Assembly (NCBI GenBank): GCA_965207975.1
Contig: OZ242315.1
Span: 4,106,449-4,170,448 of the forward strand
Source of the DNA: Candidatus Poribacteria bacterium
GTDB lineage: Bacteria; Poribacteria; WGA-4E; PCPOR2b
Direction of reading: 5' to 3'
Length of the DNA stretch: 64,000 nucleotides
In this document: in pieces, positions 28,725 to 40,979 of the stretch
How the letters are laid out: every line of letters starts with the position of its first letter
Numbering within the stretch: position 1 is the stretch's first letter
Notes under the pieces: model-generated
Database searches by the model: none
Told to the model about the DNA's origin: nothing
What the model saw: the letters and a program-made list of their open reading frames with translations, nothing else
Made by a program: the position numbers and the translations under genes

Positions 28725-29861
28725 TCAATCCTTGGAAAAGTTTTGGTTCAGTGCGTCTTTAATCTCTGTAATAATTTCTGTCTCAACTTCCGTGTCTAAA
28801 CGCGTCTGTAGTGCTTTTCTTGCCGCTTTACCACCAATCTGCCCCAATGCCCATGCAGCATGGCCACGAACTAGGGGCTCGTCATCGTTCAACGCCTGCT
28901 TGAGGGCAGGCACTGCAGCGCGATCCTTCCAATTACCAAGCGCGACCGCAACATTTCGGAGAAAGCCGCGTCGTTTCGCTCGCTTGATTGGACTGTTCCT
29001 AAAACGTCTACTAAACTGTTCCTGTGTCATGTTGATAAGTGATAGCAGCGTGGGTGCGAGATTCCCCTTGCGTGGATAAAAGCCGCGCTCCTCTGTTGGT
29101 ACAGCCTTACTGTTCCAGGGGCAGACTTCCTGACAGATATCGCAACCGAAGATTAGGTTATCTATCTGTGGGCGGAGCTTGTGCGGGATGCTCCCTTTCA
29201 ACTCAATGGTAAGGTAGGAGATGCACAGCCGGGAATCCAAAATATTGGGTGCTAAGATCGCATCGGTGGGGCACGCCTCGATGCAGCGGGTGCAGGTGCC
29301 GCAACTTCCACGAAGCGATAGTACGTCCGTATCCAACTCGATGCTGACTAAGATGCCCGCGAGAAAAAACCAAGAACCTGCCCGCCAGTGGATTATATTT
29401 GTGTTTTTAGCAATCCATCCGAGTCCCGCCCGTTCAGCGTACTCCCGCTCAAGGACCGGAGCGGTATCTACATAAACTCTGGTTTTAACATTTTCTTCGG
29501 CGGTCTGTTGGACAAATGTCGCCAACTGATCTAATTTTGATCGGATAAGACGGTGATAATCCGTTCCCCACGCATATCGAGAGATCTGTCCACGGGCTGG
29601 GTCTTCCGCAAGTGATTTAGGCGGGTCAAGTGTGTAGTAATTAATCGCTAACGCGATAATTGAGTGGGCTTCGGGGAGGATCTGGCGCGGATCTCGCTTC
29701 AGCGGTAGATGCTTTTCTAGATAATCCATATCTCCCGCATGACCATCTTTCAACCACTGTTCGTAACGATCAACCGTCTGGCTCGGTTCAACGGGGAGGA
29801 TACCAACCAATTCAAATCCAAGTTTTTGTGCTTGAACCTTAATCTGTTCTGTCAGATTCAT
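28725..29861 (-). CDS. queG: Epoxyqueuosine reductase QueG (tRNA queuosine biosynthesis)
   Basis: Two 4Fe-4S ferredoxin motifs (CGTCTRCIEACP, CDICQEVCPWN) and a C-terminal HEAT-like repeat region. 378 aa. Confidence 0.8.
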   Translation of the reverse strand: MNLTEQIKVQAQKLGFELVGILPVEPSQTVDRYEQWLKDGHAGDMDYLEKHLPLKRDPRQILPEAHSIIALAINYYTLDPPKSLAEDPARGQISRYAWGTDYHRLIRSKLDQLATFVQQTAEENVKTRVYVDTAPVLEREYAERAGLGWIAKNTNIIHWRAGSWFFLAGILVSIELDTDVLSLRGSCGTCTRCIEACPTDAILAPNILDSRLCISYLTIELKGSIPHKLRPQIDNLIFGCDICQEVCPWNSKAVPTEERGFYPRKGNLAPTLLSLINMTQEQFSRRFRNSPIKRAKRRGFLRNVAVALGNWKDRAAVPALKQALNDDEPLVRGHAAWALGQIGGKAARKALQTRLDTEVETEIITEIKDALNQNFSKD

Positions 29862-30072
29862 ATTTTTGTTGAGTGTGTATTGACGTACTCCTCCACCCTA
29901 AAGGGATGGGGCATTGACCGCAAGATTAGGCAGCTGTCTATCGGCGAAACAGTACCACTTACGGTAAAATGGGGGACGGACTCATAAAGAGCTCACTGTT
30001 ATCGTAGCAGCGATTTTTTCTGAAGTCAAAGGATTTTTTTCGATAAAAAATGATAGATGCCCAAAAAATTGC

Positions 30073-30101
30073 TTGACACGGAATAATAGTTGTTATATAA
30101 T
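30073..30101 (+). promoter_or_regulatory. Consensus sigma70 promoter upstream of rpoB: TTGACA-17 bp-TATAAT
   Basis: Read directly: ttgaca (30073-30078), spacer cggaataatagttgtta, tataat (30096-30101). About 75 bp upstream of the rpoB ATG. Confidence 0.6.
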
Positions 30102-30175
30102 ACTGCGTTACGCCCGTTTCAGACAACAAAATTCAGAAATGCCCTTATCCCCTAATCTCAAGGTCAGGTGAAAGC

Positions 30176-33100
30176 ATGCCCCAGCCCGTTAAGAAATATG
30201 ACAAACCCGTCAAATATTATGGTAAACGCGAACGATTGTCTTATGGAAAAATTCCAGAGATTATGGATCTCCCAGATCTCATTGAGGTTCAAAAATCCTC
30301 CTACGAAGAATTCCTGCAACGAAATGCCCCACCAGAAGAACGGAAAGATAAGGGTCTACAAGCGGTTTTCAACGAAATCTTTCCGATTCCCGACTTCAGC
30401 GAAACTTCTGAGCTCCAGTTCGTTAATTATTCACTAGGGGTCCCGAAATATGACATTAATGAATGCCAATCTCGTGGATTCAGTTATGCGCTGCCGGTAA
30501 AAGTTTGTGTCCGATTGGTTCTCAGAGAAAAAGATGAGGATACCGGTGAAAATCAGCTTATTGACATAAAAGAAAACGAAGTTTATATGGGCGAAATCCC
30601 GCTCATGACGGAAAACGGTACTTTCATTATCAATGGCTCTGAACGAGTGATTGTCAGTCAGTTACAGCGATCGCCCGGTGCAACGTTTGGGGAAGATACC
30701 CATACCAGTGGGCAGATACTCAACACTGCGCGGATTATCCCGTACCGTGGTGCGTGGATTGAGTTTGAGTACGACATCAAGGACATGATTTACGTCCGCC
30801 TCGATCGACGCAAAAAAATGCTCGTAACCGTTCTGCTACGGGCACTGAGTTGGGAAACGGATGAAACCATCCTCAAACTGTATGCTAAAACAGAACAGGC
30901 TAAGCTCGACAACTCCCTAGTTGATCGAGTAACCGCTGCTCCTATCAAACATCCTGCCACCGACGAGCTTTTGCTTGAAGCGAATATGGAGTTGACGCAA
31001 GAGCAAATTGATGAATTGCGTGAGGCAAAAGTCAAAGAAGTTGAGGTTTTAGATGCAGATGATGAGGAAGAGATCCGTTTCCTGCGGAATACGCTCAAGC
31101 GCGATCTCCAATCAGATTATAATCTGCCGCTAATTTTTGAAGTGTCGTCAGACGAGGGCTCGTCGGATCTCGAAAATGATTTGACGGCTGGTGAACTAGT
31201 ATCGGATGCATGGCACCAACAGTTTAAGGATAATGGTGCTGCTCTATCCTCCTCCGCAACTGTGCAAGTATTGACAGAGGGACGATATCGTATATCCAAC
31301 AAAACTAGTAGAGATAACTTTACCATTGAGAAAGCAGGGGATACTCTCAAAGTCTATCGCGGTACTATCCAAGACCTTGCAGTCGTTGAGATATTTCGTA
31401 AGATGCAACCGGGTGATCCGCCTACGATCGATAGTGCACACAACCGATTTGAGAAGCTATTTTTCGATGACGTACGTTATGATCTTGCAGCAGTAGGACG
31501 GTATAAACTCAATGAAAAGTTAGGTAATCTCTCCCTGTATCGGAACGGAGATGAAGAAGTAAATGAGGAGCGAGTGCTGCGCAAAGAGGACATCGCCGCG
31601 GTGCTCCAATACCTGATACAAGTACAGAACGGAGAGGGAGAGATGGACGATATCGATCACCTCGGTAATCGTCGAGTTCGAGCTGTCGGTGAACTGTTGC
31701 AGAATCAGGTACGGATGGGAATGTTGCGAGTGACTCGCGCAACGCGAGAGCGATTGACGGTTCAAGACTTGGAGAATGTAACCCCCGCCGACCTGATTAA
31801 CCCTAAACCGTTGACCGCTGCAATTAAAGACTTCTTCGGTTCGAGCCAACTGTCCCAATTTATGCAGCAAGCCAATCCGCTAGACGAATTAACCCATAAA
31901 CGCCGCTTGAGTGCGCTGGGACCTGGTGGACTGCATCGGGAACGTGCGACCTTTGAGGTGCGAGATGTTCATCGAACTCACTACGGACGGGTCTGTCCAA
32001 TTGAGACACCTGAAGGTCCATCCGTCGGGCTAATTGTTTCCCTAAGTACCTACGCACGGGTAAACGCCTACGGTTTTATGGAGACACCCTATCGCAAGGT
32101 CTCGAAAGGCAAAGCAACAGATCAGATTGATTACTTGGCTGCGGATAAGGAAGATACGTTCACCATCGCGCAAGCGCATGCTGTCCTTGATGAGAAAGGA
32201 ACAATGGAAGGCGACATGATGGTGACACGACACAAGGACGATTTTCCGCGGAAGTCAGCGCCAGAAATTGATTATATTGATGTTTCCCCCAAGCAGATCG
32301 TCGGTGTCTCTGCTGCACTCATCCCTTTCCTTGAGCACAATGACGCGAACCGCGCCTTGATGGGGAGTAACATGCAGCGACAAGCTGTGCCGCTCATCCG
32401 CCCGGAGGCTCCACTGATTGGAACGGGCATGGAACATAAAGCCGCTCGTGATTCTGGGGCGGTTGTGCTAGCAAAGCGGGATGGCGTTGTGGAAAGCGTG
32501 TCCGCCGCTGAAATCATTATTCGTACCGATGATGCCTTCCGGATTGCTGGTGGGGAACAGTCGTTCAGTGAAATGGGCTACGATGTATACCGCTTGACGA
32601 CCTTCAAGCGATCGAATAGTGGTACTAGTCTCCATCAACGTCCGTGTGTAGACGTCGGCGAAGAGATAAAAGCGGGTCAAGTGATTGCCGATGGAACCTC
32701 CACCGAAAATGGAGAACTCGCCCTCGGAAACAATATCCTAATAGCATTCATGTCTTGGGAAGGATATAATTATGAAGATGCCATCCTCCTCAACGAGTCG
32801 CTCATCACCGACGATACCTACACCTCCATCCACATTGAAGAATTTGAGGTAGAAGCGCGTGATACAAAGATGGGACGTGAGGAAATTACGCGTGATATTC
32901 CCAATGTTTCTGAGGAAGCTTTGGCGCAATTAGATGAGGAGGGTATTATTCGCATCGGTTCGCTGGTCCGTCCCGGAAGCATTCTGGTCGGCAAGGTAAC
33001 ACCGAAGGGCGAAAGCGACCTCGGACCCGAAGAAAAACTGCTGCGCGCCATCTTTGGTGAGAAGGTTGGCGAGGTACGGGACGCTTCTAAATATGTCAAA

Positions 33101-34312
33101 CCCGGCACAGAAGGGGTTGTGGTTGATGTTAAGGTTTTCTCACGAAAAGAGCGAGAGCCTGACCGTCAAACGAGACTGCGGGAGCTTGCCAAAGAAAAAG
33201 AGGTAGAGAAGGACTGGGAAGCAAAACGTGGGTTGATTAACCAACGCAAGAACGCCGAAATTCGCAACGCATTGCTCGGTAAGAAACTCGCTAGCAGTGT
33301 CTCTGACGACACAGACCTCATTGCTAGGAGAGGAAGAATTGTCACAGAAGAGTTGCTGGATGCAGGGGTTCCGCTGGAGCACTTCCATGTTACGGATACT
33401 GATGCAATGGAGCTCATTGAGCGCATTGAACAGTTGGCGCAAGGACGGCTTAGAGATCTGGAGGAGGAAAGGGACGCTCAGATTGAGAAAATTCGCAAGG
33501 GAGATGAGTTGAAGCCAGGCGTTCTCAAGCTGGTGAAAGTGTATGTGGCGACCCGCCGAAAGATTTCGGTCGGTGACAAAATGTCCGGCAGACACGGCAA
33601 CAAAGGGGTCGTTTCAAAGATTCTTCCACAAGAGGATATGCCCTATCTGGAAGACGGTACACCAATCCAGATTATCATGAATCCATTGGGAGTTCCTGGT
33701 CGGATGAATGCGGGACAGATTCTGGAGACACATTTGGGCAGAGCGGCTAGGGAGCTTGGCTTATATATTGCCACACCGGTCTTCGATGGTGCGGAGGAGC
33801 CGGAGATCCGTAAGCTCTTAAAAGAGGCTGGTTTGCCAGAACATGGGAAAGCCAAGTTGTATGATGGTCGCACCGGGGAACCGTTTGCTCAAGAAGTTAC
33901 CGTCGGATATACTTACATTCTCAAACTCAATCACTTGGTGGATGATAAAATTCACGCCCGCAGCACGGGCCCCTATTCGTTGGTGACTCAACAGCCACTC
34001 GGTGGTAAAGCGCAGCAAGGTGGTCAACGTCTCGGCGAAATGGAAGTATGGGCATTGGAAGCGTACGGTGCTGCGTACACCCTGCAAGAATTACTCACAA
34101 TTAAGTCCGATGATGTCGTTGGAAGAAGCAAAATCTACGAAGCTGTTGTCAAAGGGGAGAATGCCCCTGCGCCGGGCACTCCAGAATCATTCAACGTCCT
34201 TGTGAAGGAATTGCAAAGCCTATGTCTGGATGTGGACTTAGAGCAAACATCTGATGATCTAGATACTTTTGACCTAGCCCCTGAGGATTGGGAGTCGGAA
34301 CATGAGATCTGA
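30176..34312 (+). CDS. rpoB: DNA-directed RNA polymerase subunit beta
   Basis: 1378 aa with conserved beta-subunit regions (e.g. [47 protein letters not shown]). RBS aggtcaggtg. Confidence 0.95.
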   Translation: MPQPVKKYDKPVKYYGKRERLSYGKIPEIMDLPDLIEVQKSSYEEFLQRNAPPEERKDKGLQAVFNEIFPIPDFSETSELQFVNYSLGVPKYDINECQSRGFSYALPVKVCVRLVLREKDEDTGENQLIDIKENEVYMGEIPLMTENGTFIINGSERVIVSQLQRSPGATFGEDTHTSGQILNTARIIPYRGAWIEFEYDIKDMIYVRLDRRKKMLVTVLLRALSWETDETILKLYAKTEQAKLDNSLVDRVTAAPIKHPATDELLLEANMELTQEQIDELREAKVKEVEVLDADDEEEIRFLRNTLKRDLQSDYNLPLIFEVSSDEGSSDLENDLTAGELVSDAWHQQFKDNGAALSSSATVQVLTEGRYRISNKTSRDNFTIEKAGDTLKVYRGTIQDLAVVEIFRKMQPGDPPTIDSAHNRFEKLFFDDVRYDLAAVGRYKLNEKLGNLSLYRNGDEEVNEERVLRKEDIAAVLQYLIQVQNGEGEMDDIDHLGNRRVRAVGELLQNQVRMGMLRVTRATRERLTVQDLENVTPADLINPKPLTAAIKDFFGSSQLSQFMQQANPLDELTHKRRLSALGPGGLHRERATFEVRDVHRTHYGRVCPIETPEGPSVGLIVSLSTYARVNAYGFMETPYRKVSKGKATDQIDYLAADKEDTFTIAQAHAVLDEKGTMEGDMMVTRHKDDFPRKSAPEIDYIDVSPKQIVGVSAALIPFLEHNDANRALMGSNMQRQAVPLIRPEAPLIGTGMEHKAARDSGAVVLAKRDGVVESVSAAEIIIRTDDAFRIAGGEQSFSEMGYDVYRLTTFKRSNSGTSLHQRPCVDVGEEIKAGQVIADGTSTENGELALGNNILIAFMSWEGYNYEDAILLNESLITDDTYTSIHIEEFEVEARDTKMGREEITRDIPNVSEEALAQLDEEGIIRIGSLVRPGSILVGKVTPKGESDLGPEEKLLRAIFGEKVGEVRDASKYVKPGTEGVVVDVKVFSRKEREPDRQTRLRELAKEKEVEKDWEAKRGLINQRKNAEIRNALLGKKLASSVSDDTDLIARRGRIVTEELLDAGVPLEHFHVTDTDAMELIERIEQLAQGRLRDLEEERDAQIEKIRKGDELKPGVLKLVKVYVATRRKISVGDKMSGRHGNKGVVSKILPQEDMPYLEDGTPIQIIMNPLGVPGRMNAGQILETHLGRAARELGLYIATPVFDGAEEPEIRKLLKEAGLPEHGKAKLYDGRTGEPFAQEVTVGYTYILKLNHLVDDKIHARSTGPYSLVTQQPLGGKAQQGGQRLGEMEVWALEAYGAAYTLQELLTIKSDDVVGRSKIYEAVVKGENAPAPGTPESFNVLVKELQSLCLDVDLEQTSDDLDTFDLAPEDWESEHEI

Positions 34313-34580
34313 TTCAGCCGCTCAGGGACTTAAGATATCCAACCTACAAAAAAGTTGCCCCATGCCTAAAAGCTAATGCGGATCTTAATCTGATTTCGTT
34401 ACGCTGATATTGCGAAGTTGTCCCGATCGGATCGGGATACTTCCAACGTCATGGATTTGGAATTCGCTTGGTAAATGGGGTTTACAGCTGCTCACACCAA
34501 GGCGAAAGCATCACACTACTAAATCAGTGCTTAATTTTCAATTGCCGATTGCCAACTGTCAATACTAAGGGAGAACAGCC

Positions 34581-37500
34581 ATGTCAAATCAAATCCGAGA
34601 ACAAACGACACAGTCGGGAAATCTAAACAATTTTGATGCAATTTCAATCCGGATTGCTGCGCCAGAACACATTAAGGAATGGTCAAAAAAGACAGCATGT
34701 CATCAACGAACTAGTGGCTGTGCAACAAGTAACTGTGCATGCGGCGAAGTACGGAAACCTGAAACGATTAACTATCGTACATTTCGCCCCGAACGAGATG
34801 GCTTGTTCTGTGAGGCGATTTTCGGACCGCAAAAGGACTGGGAATGCGGCTGCGGTAAGTACAAGCGGATTAAACATAAAGGGGTAATATGTGACCGATG
34901 CGGTGTTGAAGTTACCCAACAGAAGGTACGTCGTGAACGGATGGGGTATATCGAATTAGCAGCACCGGTATCGCACATCTGGTTTTTCAAGGGACTGCCT
35001 TCTCGGATCGGGTTATTTTTAGACCTCCCATTTCGTGATATTGAACGTGTCATCTATTTTGAGTCGTTCATTGTATTAGAGATTAATGACCCGGACTGTG
35101 AGTTAGAGGTAAAACAGCTCCTGACAGAGGAGGAGTACACAGAATACCAAAATAAATTTCCCAATAGTTTCCGTGCAGGTATGGGGGCAGATGCGATTCG
35201 AGAGTTGCTCGAACAGATTGATCTAGATCAGGAAATCGAAACCCTGCGTGCAGAACTCGAAGCGACCGCAAGTAAACAGAAATCTCGAAAGCTGTCCAAG
35301 CGGCTCAAACTGGTCATGGGCTTCAAAAAGTCCGGGAATCTGCCACATTGGATGATTCTTACGGTAATTCCGGTAATACCACCGGACCTGCGCCCGTTGG
35401 TTGCTCTCGACGGTGGCCGGTTTGCTACTAGCGATTTGAACGATCTGTATCGGCGCGTTATTAATCGGAACAACCGTCTGAAACGCCTGATGGAACTCCG
35501 TGCACCGGAAGTGATTATCCGCAATGAAAAACGGATGCTCCAAGAAGCGGTAGATGCGCTGCTGGACAATGGTCGCCATGGTCGCATGGTACGGGGCCCG
35601 GGCAATCGCCCCCTCAAATCCCTCTCCGATATGCTCAAAGGGAAGCCGGGACGTTTTCGTCAAAACCTGCTGGGCAAACGGGTGGACTATTCGGGACGAA
35701 CGGTCATCGTGGTTGGACCCGAACTCCAGTTGCATCAGTGTGGTTTGCCGAAGAAGATGGCATTGGAACTGTTCAAGCCGTTTATCATTCATAAGTTGCA
35801 GGCGAAGGGCTATGCTCATACTATTAAACGAGCCAAAAATATGGCGGAGCAGGTCACAGAGGAGGTATGGGAGGTGTTGGAAGAGGTAATTGATGAGCAT
35901 CCAGTGCTTCTGAACCGTGCGCCAACACTCCACCGACTCGGAATTCAAGCGTTCCAACCTGTACTTGTGGAGGGGAAAGCTATTCGCATCAATCCACTGG
36001 TGTGTGAGGCGTTCAATGCTGATTTTGATGGCGACCAGATGGCGGTGCATGTGCCATTGAGTGTTGAGGCACAGGTTGAGGCAAAACTACTGATGATGGC
36101 GACACGAAACCTGCTCAAACCTGCACACGGTGGAGCTATTGCAGTGCCGAACCGGGATGTCGCGATGGGAGTTAGCTTCCTTACGAAGGCTGTTCCAGAG
36201 GAGGATTGGGAGAAAGCGTGCAAAGTGCCAACCCCACGCACCTATCGGGATACGGAAGAGATCATGCTTGCACACGATTGCGGTGCACTCGGATTGCATG
36301 ATCCCGTAAAGCTTTGCTTTGAGGGAGCAGCGCAGCCAATTGTAACAACAGTAGGACGGGTAATCTTTAATCAGGCTCTCCCTGATACGCTACTGTTCAC
36401 CGATGCCAAGACGCAGCAAACGTTGCCATTTGCCAACCAAGAGATGGGGTCTCGCGATCTTTCAGACTTAGTATCTCGTGCTTTTGAGGAATTGGGTAAT
36501 CGCCAAACTGTCGCGTTTATAGATGACCTGAAGCGGCTCGGCTTTCATTATGCAACGCTAGGTGGGATTTCTATTGCCATGCAGGACATGATCATCCCGC
36601 GTGAGAAGGCGGAGTTAATAAGGGAAGCGCGAAAGCAGGTGGAGCAGATCGAGGCCGATTACCAGAGAGGCGACATGGGCATGAGCGAGGGTGAACGGTA
36701 CAACAAAGTGATTGATGTCTGGCATCAACTGATTGAACAAATTGAAACCGCCCTGTTTGATGGACTGGAACAGGGACGTGATGATGAAATTGAAGGATTC
36801 AATCCCGTTCATATCATGGTGGACTCCGGCGCGATTTCCCGAAGCAAGCGGGATTCAATTCGTCAGTTGGCAGGCTTGCGCGGCTTGATGGCAAAGCCCT
36901 CTGGAGAGATTATCGAGCAGCCGATTGAATCTTGCTTCCACGAAGGATTGTCAGTGCTTGAATATTTCATCTCGACGCACGGTGCGCGCAAGGGACTTGC
37001 CGATACCGCTATTAAGACAGCGAGTAGCGGCTACCTGACGCGGAAGTTGGTTGATGTTGCACAAGATGTCATGATAACAACTATCGACTGCGGAACGCTT
37101 GGAGGTATTACCAAGACGACAGACGAAGAAGAGGAAAGTCCACTTTCAGAACGGATTTTTGGACGCACAGCTGCCGATGACATTATCGACTTGAGCACAG
37201 GCGAAGTACTAGTGCCAAAGGATGAGTTGATTACCCAACAAGCAGCAAAGCAAGTCGAAGCTGTTGGTATCCCTAAAGTCCGTGTGCGATCTGTGTTGAC
37301 ATGCGAAGCCCGATACGGTGCTTGTGCAAAATGTTACGGCACCGATTTAACAAGCAATCATCTCGTAGATGTTGGTGAGGCGATTGGTATCATCGCAGCG
37401 CAATCGATCGGGGAGCCGGGAACGCAGCTGACGATGCGGACGTTCCACACAGGCGGCACTGTCAGTGGTGGTGGGTCCCAATCGAGGATTGAGGCTCGGC

Positions 37501-38912
37501 ATGATGGGACGGTTCAATATCATAATGTCAGATTTATTGAACGCCCTGTTGAAGCGGGTTCGTCAAAGGGTCAGATGGTGATTTCACTTCAAGAGGAAAC
37601 AGAAAAAATTGTCCTTTCCCGAAATGCACAAGTTTGGATTGTTGATGACAACGGATATACGGTGGAGCGGCATACCGCTGATGTTGGTGCGCGATTGTAC
37701 GTCGAAGATGGGCAAGCAGTAACTAAAGGGAACTCCCAAAATGGCGAACAAGCAACGCTGCTGCTTGAGTGGGATCCGTATCAAGTACCGATTCTGACGG
37801 AACATGCCGGACACGTTGTGTTCAAGAACATTGATAAAGGCAAAACAGCGCGTGAGGAAAGAACCTCTGGCTCAGCAGAGTGGGTCATTATTGAACACAG
37901 AGGCGAAGATCAGCCACAAATTGAGATTCAGGACGATGCCGGGGAGGTCTTGATTAGCTATCAGATGCCGACAGGGGCATACCTTTCGGTTCCTGTTAAG
38001 GAACTGGAAGAGAATGAAACTGTTTTGGAGCCTGCTAAAGAGCAGGTGGAACAGGGAGCGGTCTTGGCACGGCTGCCGCGTGAAAAAGGGCAGAGTCGAG
38101 ACATTGTAACAGGGTTGCCACGGGTCACTGAGCTCTTTGAGGCGCGGCGACCGAAGGACACCGCTGTTATCTCTAAGATTAAAGGGGTGGTTGAGTTGGA
38201 AAGTGCCAGCCGTGGTGTACGCATCCTGCGTGTGGTGGAAGGGGATGATCAGGAAAGCCATCGCATTCCACAGGGCAAACACCTAATTGTGCAGAATAAT
38301 GATAGGGTCGCTGCCGGGGAACGGTTAACAGATGGCCCCATCAACCCGCACGATATCCTCGAGGTAAGTGGGGAGGAGGCGGTACAGAACTACTTGGTCA
38401 ATGAGGTTCAAGATGTGTACAGAATACAGGGCGAGCGCATCAACGACAAACACATTGAAGTCATTGTGCGACAGATGCTGAGTAAGGTAGAAATCGAAGA
38501 ACCGGGTGATACCGAATTTCTCGAAGAAGAGGAAATAGAACGTACGACTTTCAATCGATCGAATCGCCAGGTTATTGAAAACGGTGGGCAACCTGCGACA
38601 GCAAGACCGATCTTACAGGGAATCACGAAGGCATCCCTGTCCACGGAAAGCTTCATCTCTGCCGCTTCGTTCCAGCAGACGACCAATGTACTAACGAGAG
38701 CTTCGGTTATTGGCAAACGAGATCGGCTCGTCGGTCTGAAGGAAAATGTCATTATGGGACATCTTATCCCGGCGGGTACAGGCGTATCTAAGTTTCGGAA
38801 GATTCGCGCCTTCCCGACAAGCGAAGCACAACTTGAATCCAATGCGGATTCAGAGCAACCTGAGTTTACCGATTCTCTAGCGTCTCAGGTTGATGAACCG
38901 GCAGCGGATTGA
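34581..38912 (+). CDS. rpoC: DNA-directed RNA polymerase subunit beta' (single unsplit polypeptide)
   Basis: 1443 aa. N-terminal zinc-binding Cys cluster, the catalytic NADFDGD motif, and a trigger loop/bridge helix. Confidence 0.95.
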   Translation: MSNQIREQTTQSGNLNNFDAISIRIAAPEHIKEWSKKTACHQRTSGCATSNCACGEVRKPETINYRTFRPERDGLFCEAIFGPQKDWECGCGKYKRIKHKGVICDRCGVEVTQQKVRRERMGYIELAAPVSHIWFFKGLPSRIGLFLDLPFRDIERVIYFESFIVLEINDPDCELEVKQLLTEEEYTEYQNKFPNSFRAGMGADAIRELLEQIDLDQEIETLRAELEATASKQKSRKLSKRLKLVMGFKKSGNLPHWMILTVIPVIPPDLRPLVALDGGRFATSDLNDLYRRVINRNNRLKRLMELRAPEVIIRNEKRMLQEAVDALLDNGRHGRMVRGPGNRPLKSLSDMLKGKPGRFRQNLLGKRVDYSGRTVIVVGPELQLHQCGLPKKMALELFKPFIIHKLQAKGYAHTIKRAKNMAEQVTEEVWEVLEEVIDEHPVLLNRAPTLHRLGIQAFQPVLVEGKAIRINPLVCEAFNADFDGDQMAVHVPLSVEAQVEAKLLMMATRNLLKPAHGGAIAVPNRDVAMGVSFLTKAVPEEDWEKACKVPTPRTYRDTEEIMLAHDCGALGLHDPVKLCFEGAAQPIVTTVGRVIFNQALPDTLLFTDAKTQQTLPFANQEMGSRDLSDLVSRAFEELGNRQTVAFIDDLKRLGFHYATLGGISIAMQDMIIPREKAELIREARKQVEQIEADYQRGDMGMSEGERYNKVIDVWHQLIEQIETALFDGLEQGRDDEIEGFNPVHIMVDSGAISRSKRDSIRQLAGLRGLMAKPSGEIIEQPIESCFHEGLSVLEYFISTHGARKGLADTAIKTASSGYLTRKLVDVAQDVMITTIDCGTLGGITKTTDEEEESPLSERIFGRTAADDIIDLSTGEVLVPKDELITQQAAKQVEAVGIPKVRVRSVLTCEARYGACAKCYGTDLTSNHLVDVGEAIGIIAAQSIGEPGTQLTMRTFHTGGTVSGGGSQSRIEARHDGTVQYHNVRFIERPVEAGSSKGQMVISLQEETEKIVLSRNAQVWIVDDNGYTVERHTADVGARLYVEDGQAVTKGNSQNGEQATLLLEWDPYQVPILTEHAGHVVFKNIDKGKTAREERTSGSAEWVIIEHRGEDQPQIEIQDDAGEVLISYQMPTGAYLSVPVKELEENETVLEPAKEQVEQGAVLARLPREKGQSRDIVTGLPRVTELFEARRPKDTAVISKIKGVVELESASRGVRILRVVEGDDQESHRIPQGKHLIVQNNDRVAAGERLTDGPINPHDILEVSGEEAVQNYLVNEVQDVYRIQGERINDKHIEVIVRQMLSKVEIEEPGDTEFLEEEEIERTTFNRSNRQVIENGGQPATARPILQGITKASLSTESFISAASFQQTTNVLTRASVIGKRDRLVGLKENVIMGHLIPAGTGVSKFRKIRAFPTSEAQLESNADSEQPEFTDSLASQVDEPAAD

Positions 38913-38937
38913 GCGAGAGATTCTCACCTGCACACTT

Positions 38938-39783
38938 TCATTTTTTTACGGCAGTTGAGAGAAAGTTGTCCAATACCTTCCATGAGTCGATGAGCAGAAT
39001 GGTTCCTTGATAACGCCGTGAAGCATCAAATCGCGTTCCCTCTTGGAGACGTTGGGTTGGGAGGCGAAACCGTTCAATCGTTTGCATTGCTGTGGGGTTC
39101 TGCCCAATCAGCACCCCTAAATCTGCATCGAGGATAGCGAGAAAGTCTGAGATCGAATCTCCAATATACAGCGTCCGTTTCACTCCCCCGTCCCCGACTT
39201 CGTCGGGGTTCGGGGGATTTTTTTTTCGTTCTCTGAACTTTCTCAGTTTATCCCGTGCCGAAACGACACTCAGATGGATGTTCCCGGTTGAACGTCCTGC
39301 CACGTCATACTGTAAACTGTTGGTGATTATCTGATCGTGTAGCCCCGCTGTTGCTCCTTCGATCAAAGCCTTCGACCAGTTGGCTGATAAAATCTCAACT
39401 TCAACCCCCTCCGATCGCATAGCTGACAACACTCGATCAACCCCTGCTTTCTTGGTGATATTCCGCCCAACCGTTCTTAATCCTTCCTTTGTTAATCCTT
39501 CCAGAAAGCTTTTCGCTATCACCCGTTGTATGGATACTGTTTCTAGTTCCTCAAAGGATTTTAGGAAATCGACAAGTGAATGTCGATGATTCTGCCACGC
39601 ATCGCATACCCTATGATATCGCGTCAAAAACCATTCCACCATCTCCTGCCAAGCTGCGAGAAACTCTTCTTTCTCATGCACACGGTTGTCAGCCGCTGTA
39701 TGCACAAGTGTGCTGATAGTATCCCGTTCCGATATCGTTTCGTCAAAATCGGTGATGAGTTTATCGATTGGGTATTTTGGCAT
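38938..39783 (-). CDS. HAD-superfamily (subfamily IB, MtnX-like) phosphatase
   Basis: HAD motif I DFDETI (DxDxT) and motif IV GDSISD. 281 aa. It carries a low-complexity insertion (KKNPPNPDEVGDGG) that coincides with the embedded terminator hairpin. Confidence 0.6.
   Translation of the reverse strand: MPKYPIDKLITDFDETISERDTISTLVHTAADNRVHEKEEFLAAWQEMVEWFLTRYHRVCDAWQNHRHSLVDFLKSFEELETVSIQRVIAKSFLEGLTKEGLRTVGRNITKKAGVDRVLSAMRSEGVEVEILSANWSKALIEGATAGLHDQIITNSLQYDVAGRSTGNIHLSVVSARDKLRKFRERKKNPPNPDEVGDGGVKRTLYIGDSISDFLAILDADLGVLIGQNPTAMQTIERFRLPTQRLQEGTRFDASRRYQGTILLIDSWKVLDNFLSTAVKK
39185..39226 (+). terminator. Strong intrinsic terminator (GC-rich nested hairpin + A + T9), probable rpoC terminator, embedded inside the convergent HAD CDS
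   Basis: cccccgtccccgac ttcg tcggggttcggggg followed by attttttttt, 273 bp after the rpoC stop. No hairpin lies between the rpoC stop and this site. Confidence 0.5.
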
Positions 39784-39808
39784 ACAGTGTTGCTCTTGGA
39801 TTGTCTTA

Positions 39809-40828
39809 CTATGGCTTAAATTGTACCACTAATTTCTCTGCCCATGCCTGGTTAGCGTCAATGGTCCGTCCGGCGTTATGGGGCGTGTGGACGACGTTAT
39901 GCCGGCCCAGAAGGGGATCATCTAACGGAAGCGGTTCGACATCCCAGACATCGGCAGCAAGGCTCAATTCGTCGGCAAGAACCCGCCTTCGCACCGCCTC
40001 CATATCGCAGATCCCTGCACGCGTTGCCAGAACTACTAAACAACCTTTTGGCAGGGCGTTGATATGCTCTGCGGTGACGATGCCCCGCGTTGATTCTAGC
40101 AAAGGCACCATCGGTGCGAAGATTTCAGCGTCTTTAACCAATTCAGAAAGGTGCCACTCCTTCCGAGAACCTGCCCGATGAAAACAGGGCTCACTCGCGT
40201 ACGGGTCCCAGACCGCTACATCTGCACCCAGCATGTGCACAAAGCTGGCGTAGCGACTGCTGATGTTTCCTGCACCGACAATACGCACCCGTTTCCCCGC
40301 AATCGTGCCACTGGTAAAGTTTGAATCATCACCAAACTGATGTCCACGCCCCCCAGGAGTACCCATGCCGTTGGGGGCTTCGTAATCCCAAGGTACTAGA
40401 CTGCTGAGAATTGCACGGTGTAGTTGTGGAATACGGCGCAATCCGCACAGCGTCAACGCAAGAGCGTATTCCGACACAGTTTGGCCCCAAAATCCCTCGG
40501 TCGGATGGTTATAAACCGTGATTCCTGCCTGCTGGATATGTTCCTGGATCGGTCCTTCTGATACACTACTTCCGTAGCTACCTTGAAAGGTCGCCTCCTC
40601 TAGTCCCGTAAAACGCTGCAAACATTCCAACGTCACGGGCACACTAAGACACGCGAGCCGTTTAATTTCAGCGGGGTTTGAGGCAATCTCGCCAAGATTT
40701 CGCTCATCGCTGGGTTCGAGGCGTATGAATTCGACATCTCCCTGTGCCTGCCACAGTGTGTGGAAGTGATCTGCTGCAAAGGGCCAAACGCCGTCAAAAC
40801 GGGGATGGACAACTATTAAGCTGTTCAT
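39809..40828 (-). CDS. D-isomer-specific 2-hydroxyacid dehydrogenase family, NAD-binding
   Basis: Rossmann motif GKRVRIVGAGNIS, and conserved catalytic-region residues (ATRAG, HTPHNAG). Confidence 0.6.
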   Translation of the reverse strand: MNSLIVVHPRFDGVWPFAADHFHTLWQAQGDVEFIRLEPSDERNLGEIASNPAEIKRLACLSVPVTLECLQRFTGLEEATFQGSYGSSVSEGPIQEHIQQAGITVYNHPTEGFWGQTVSEYALALTLCGLRRIPQLHRAILSSLVPWDYEAPNGMGTPGGRGHQFGDDSNFTSGTIAGKRVRIVGAGNISSRYASFVHMLGADVAVWDPYASEPCFHRAGSRKEWHLSELVKDAEIFAPMVPLLESTRGIVTAEHINALPKGCLVVLATRAGICDMEAVRRRVLADELSLAADVWDVEPLPLDDPLLGRHNVVHTPHNAGRTIDANQAWAEKLVVQFKP

Positions 40829-40979
40829 TAATTAATGCTCCTTTCTGCTACTAATTTTTGATCAAGCCTCGCCTCACTCTGATTAACTATACGATTTTGC
40901 GAGGAGGCTTAATAATTTTGTCGTGATAAGAAGACATAGGTCTTTCGGTCTAGATCGGGTATGCGTCCCATGTTGGGAA

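Noticed and set aside
30790-38842. Many 60-275-aa antisense or out-of-frame ORFs inside rpoB and rpoC (e.g. 35223-36050, 38408-38842)
   Set aside because: They are entirely nested in or overlap highly conserved RNAP genes on the opposite strand or another frame. These are typical six-frame artefacts in GC-moderate DNA.
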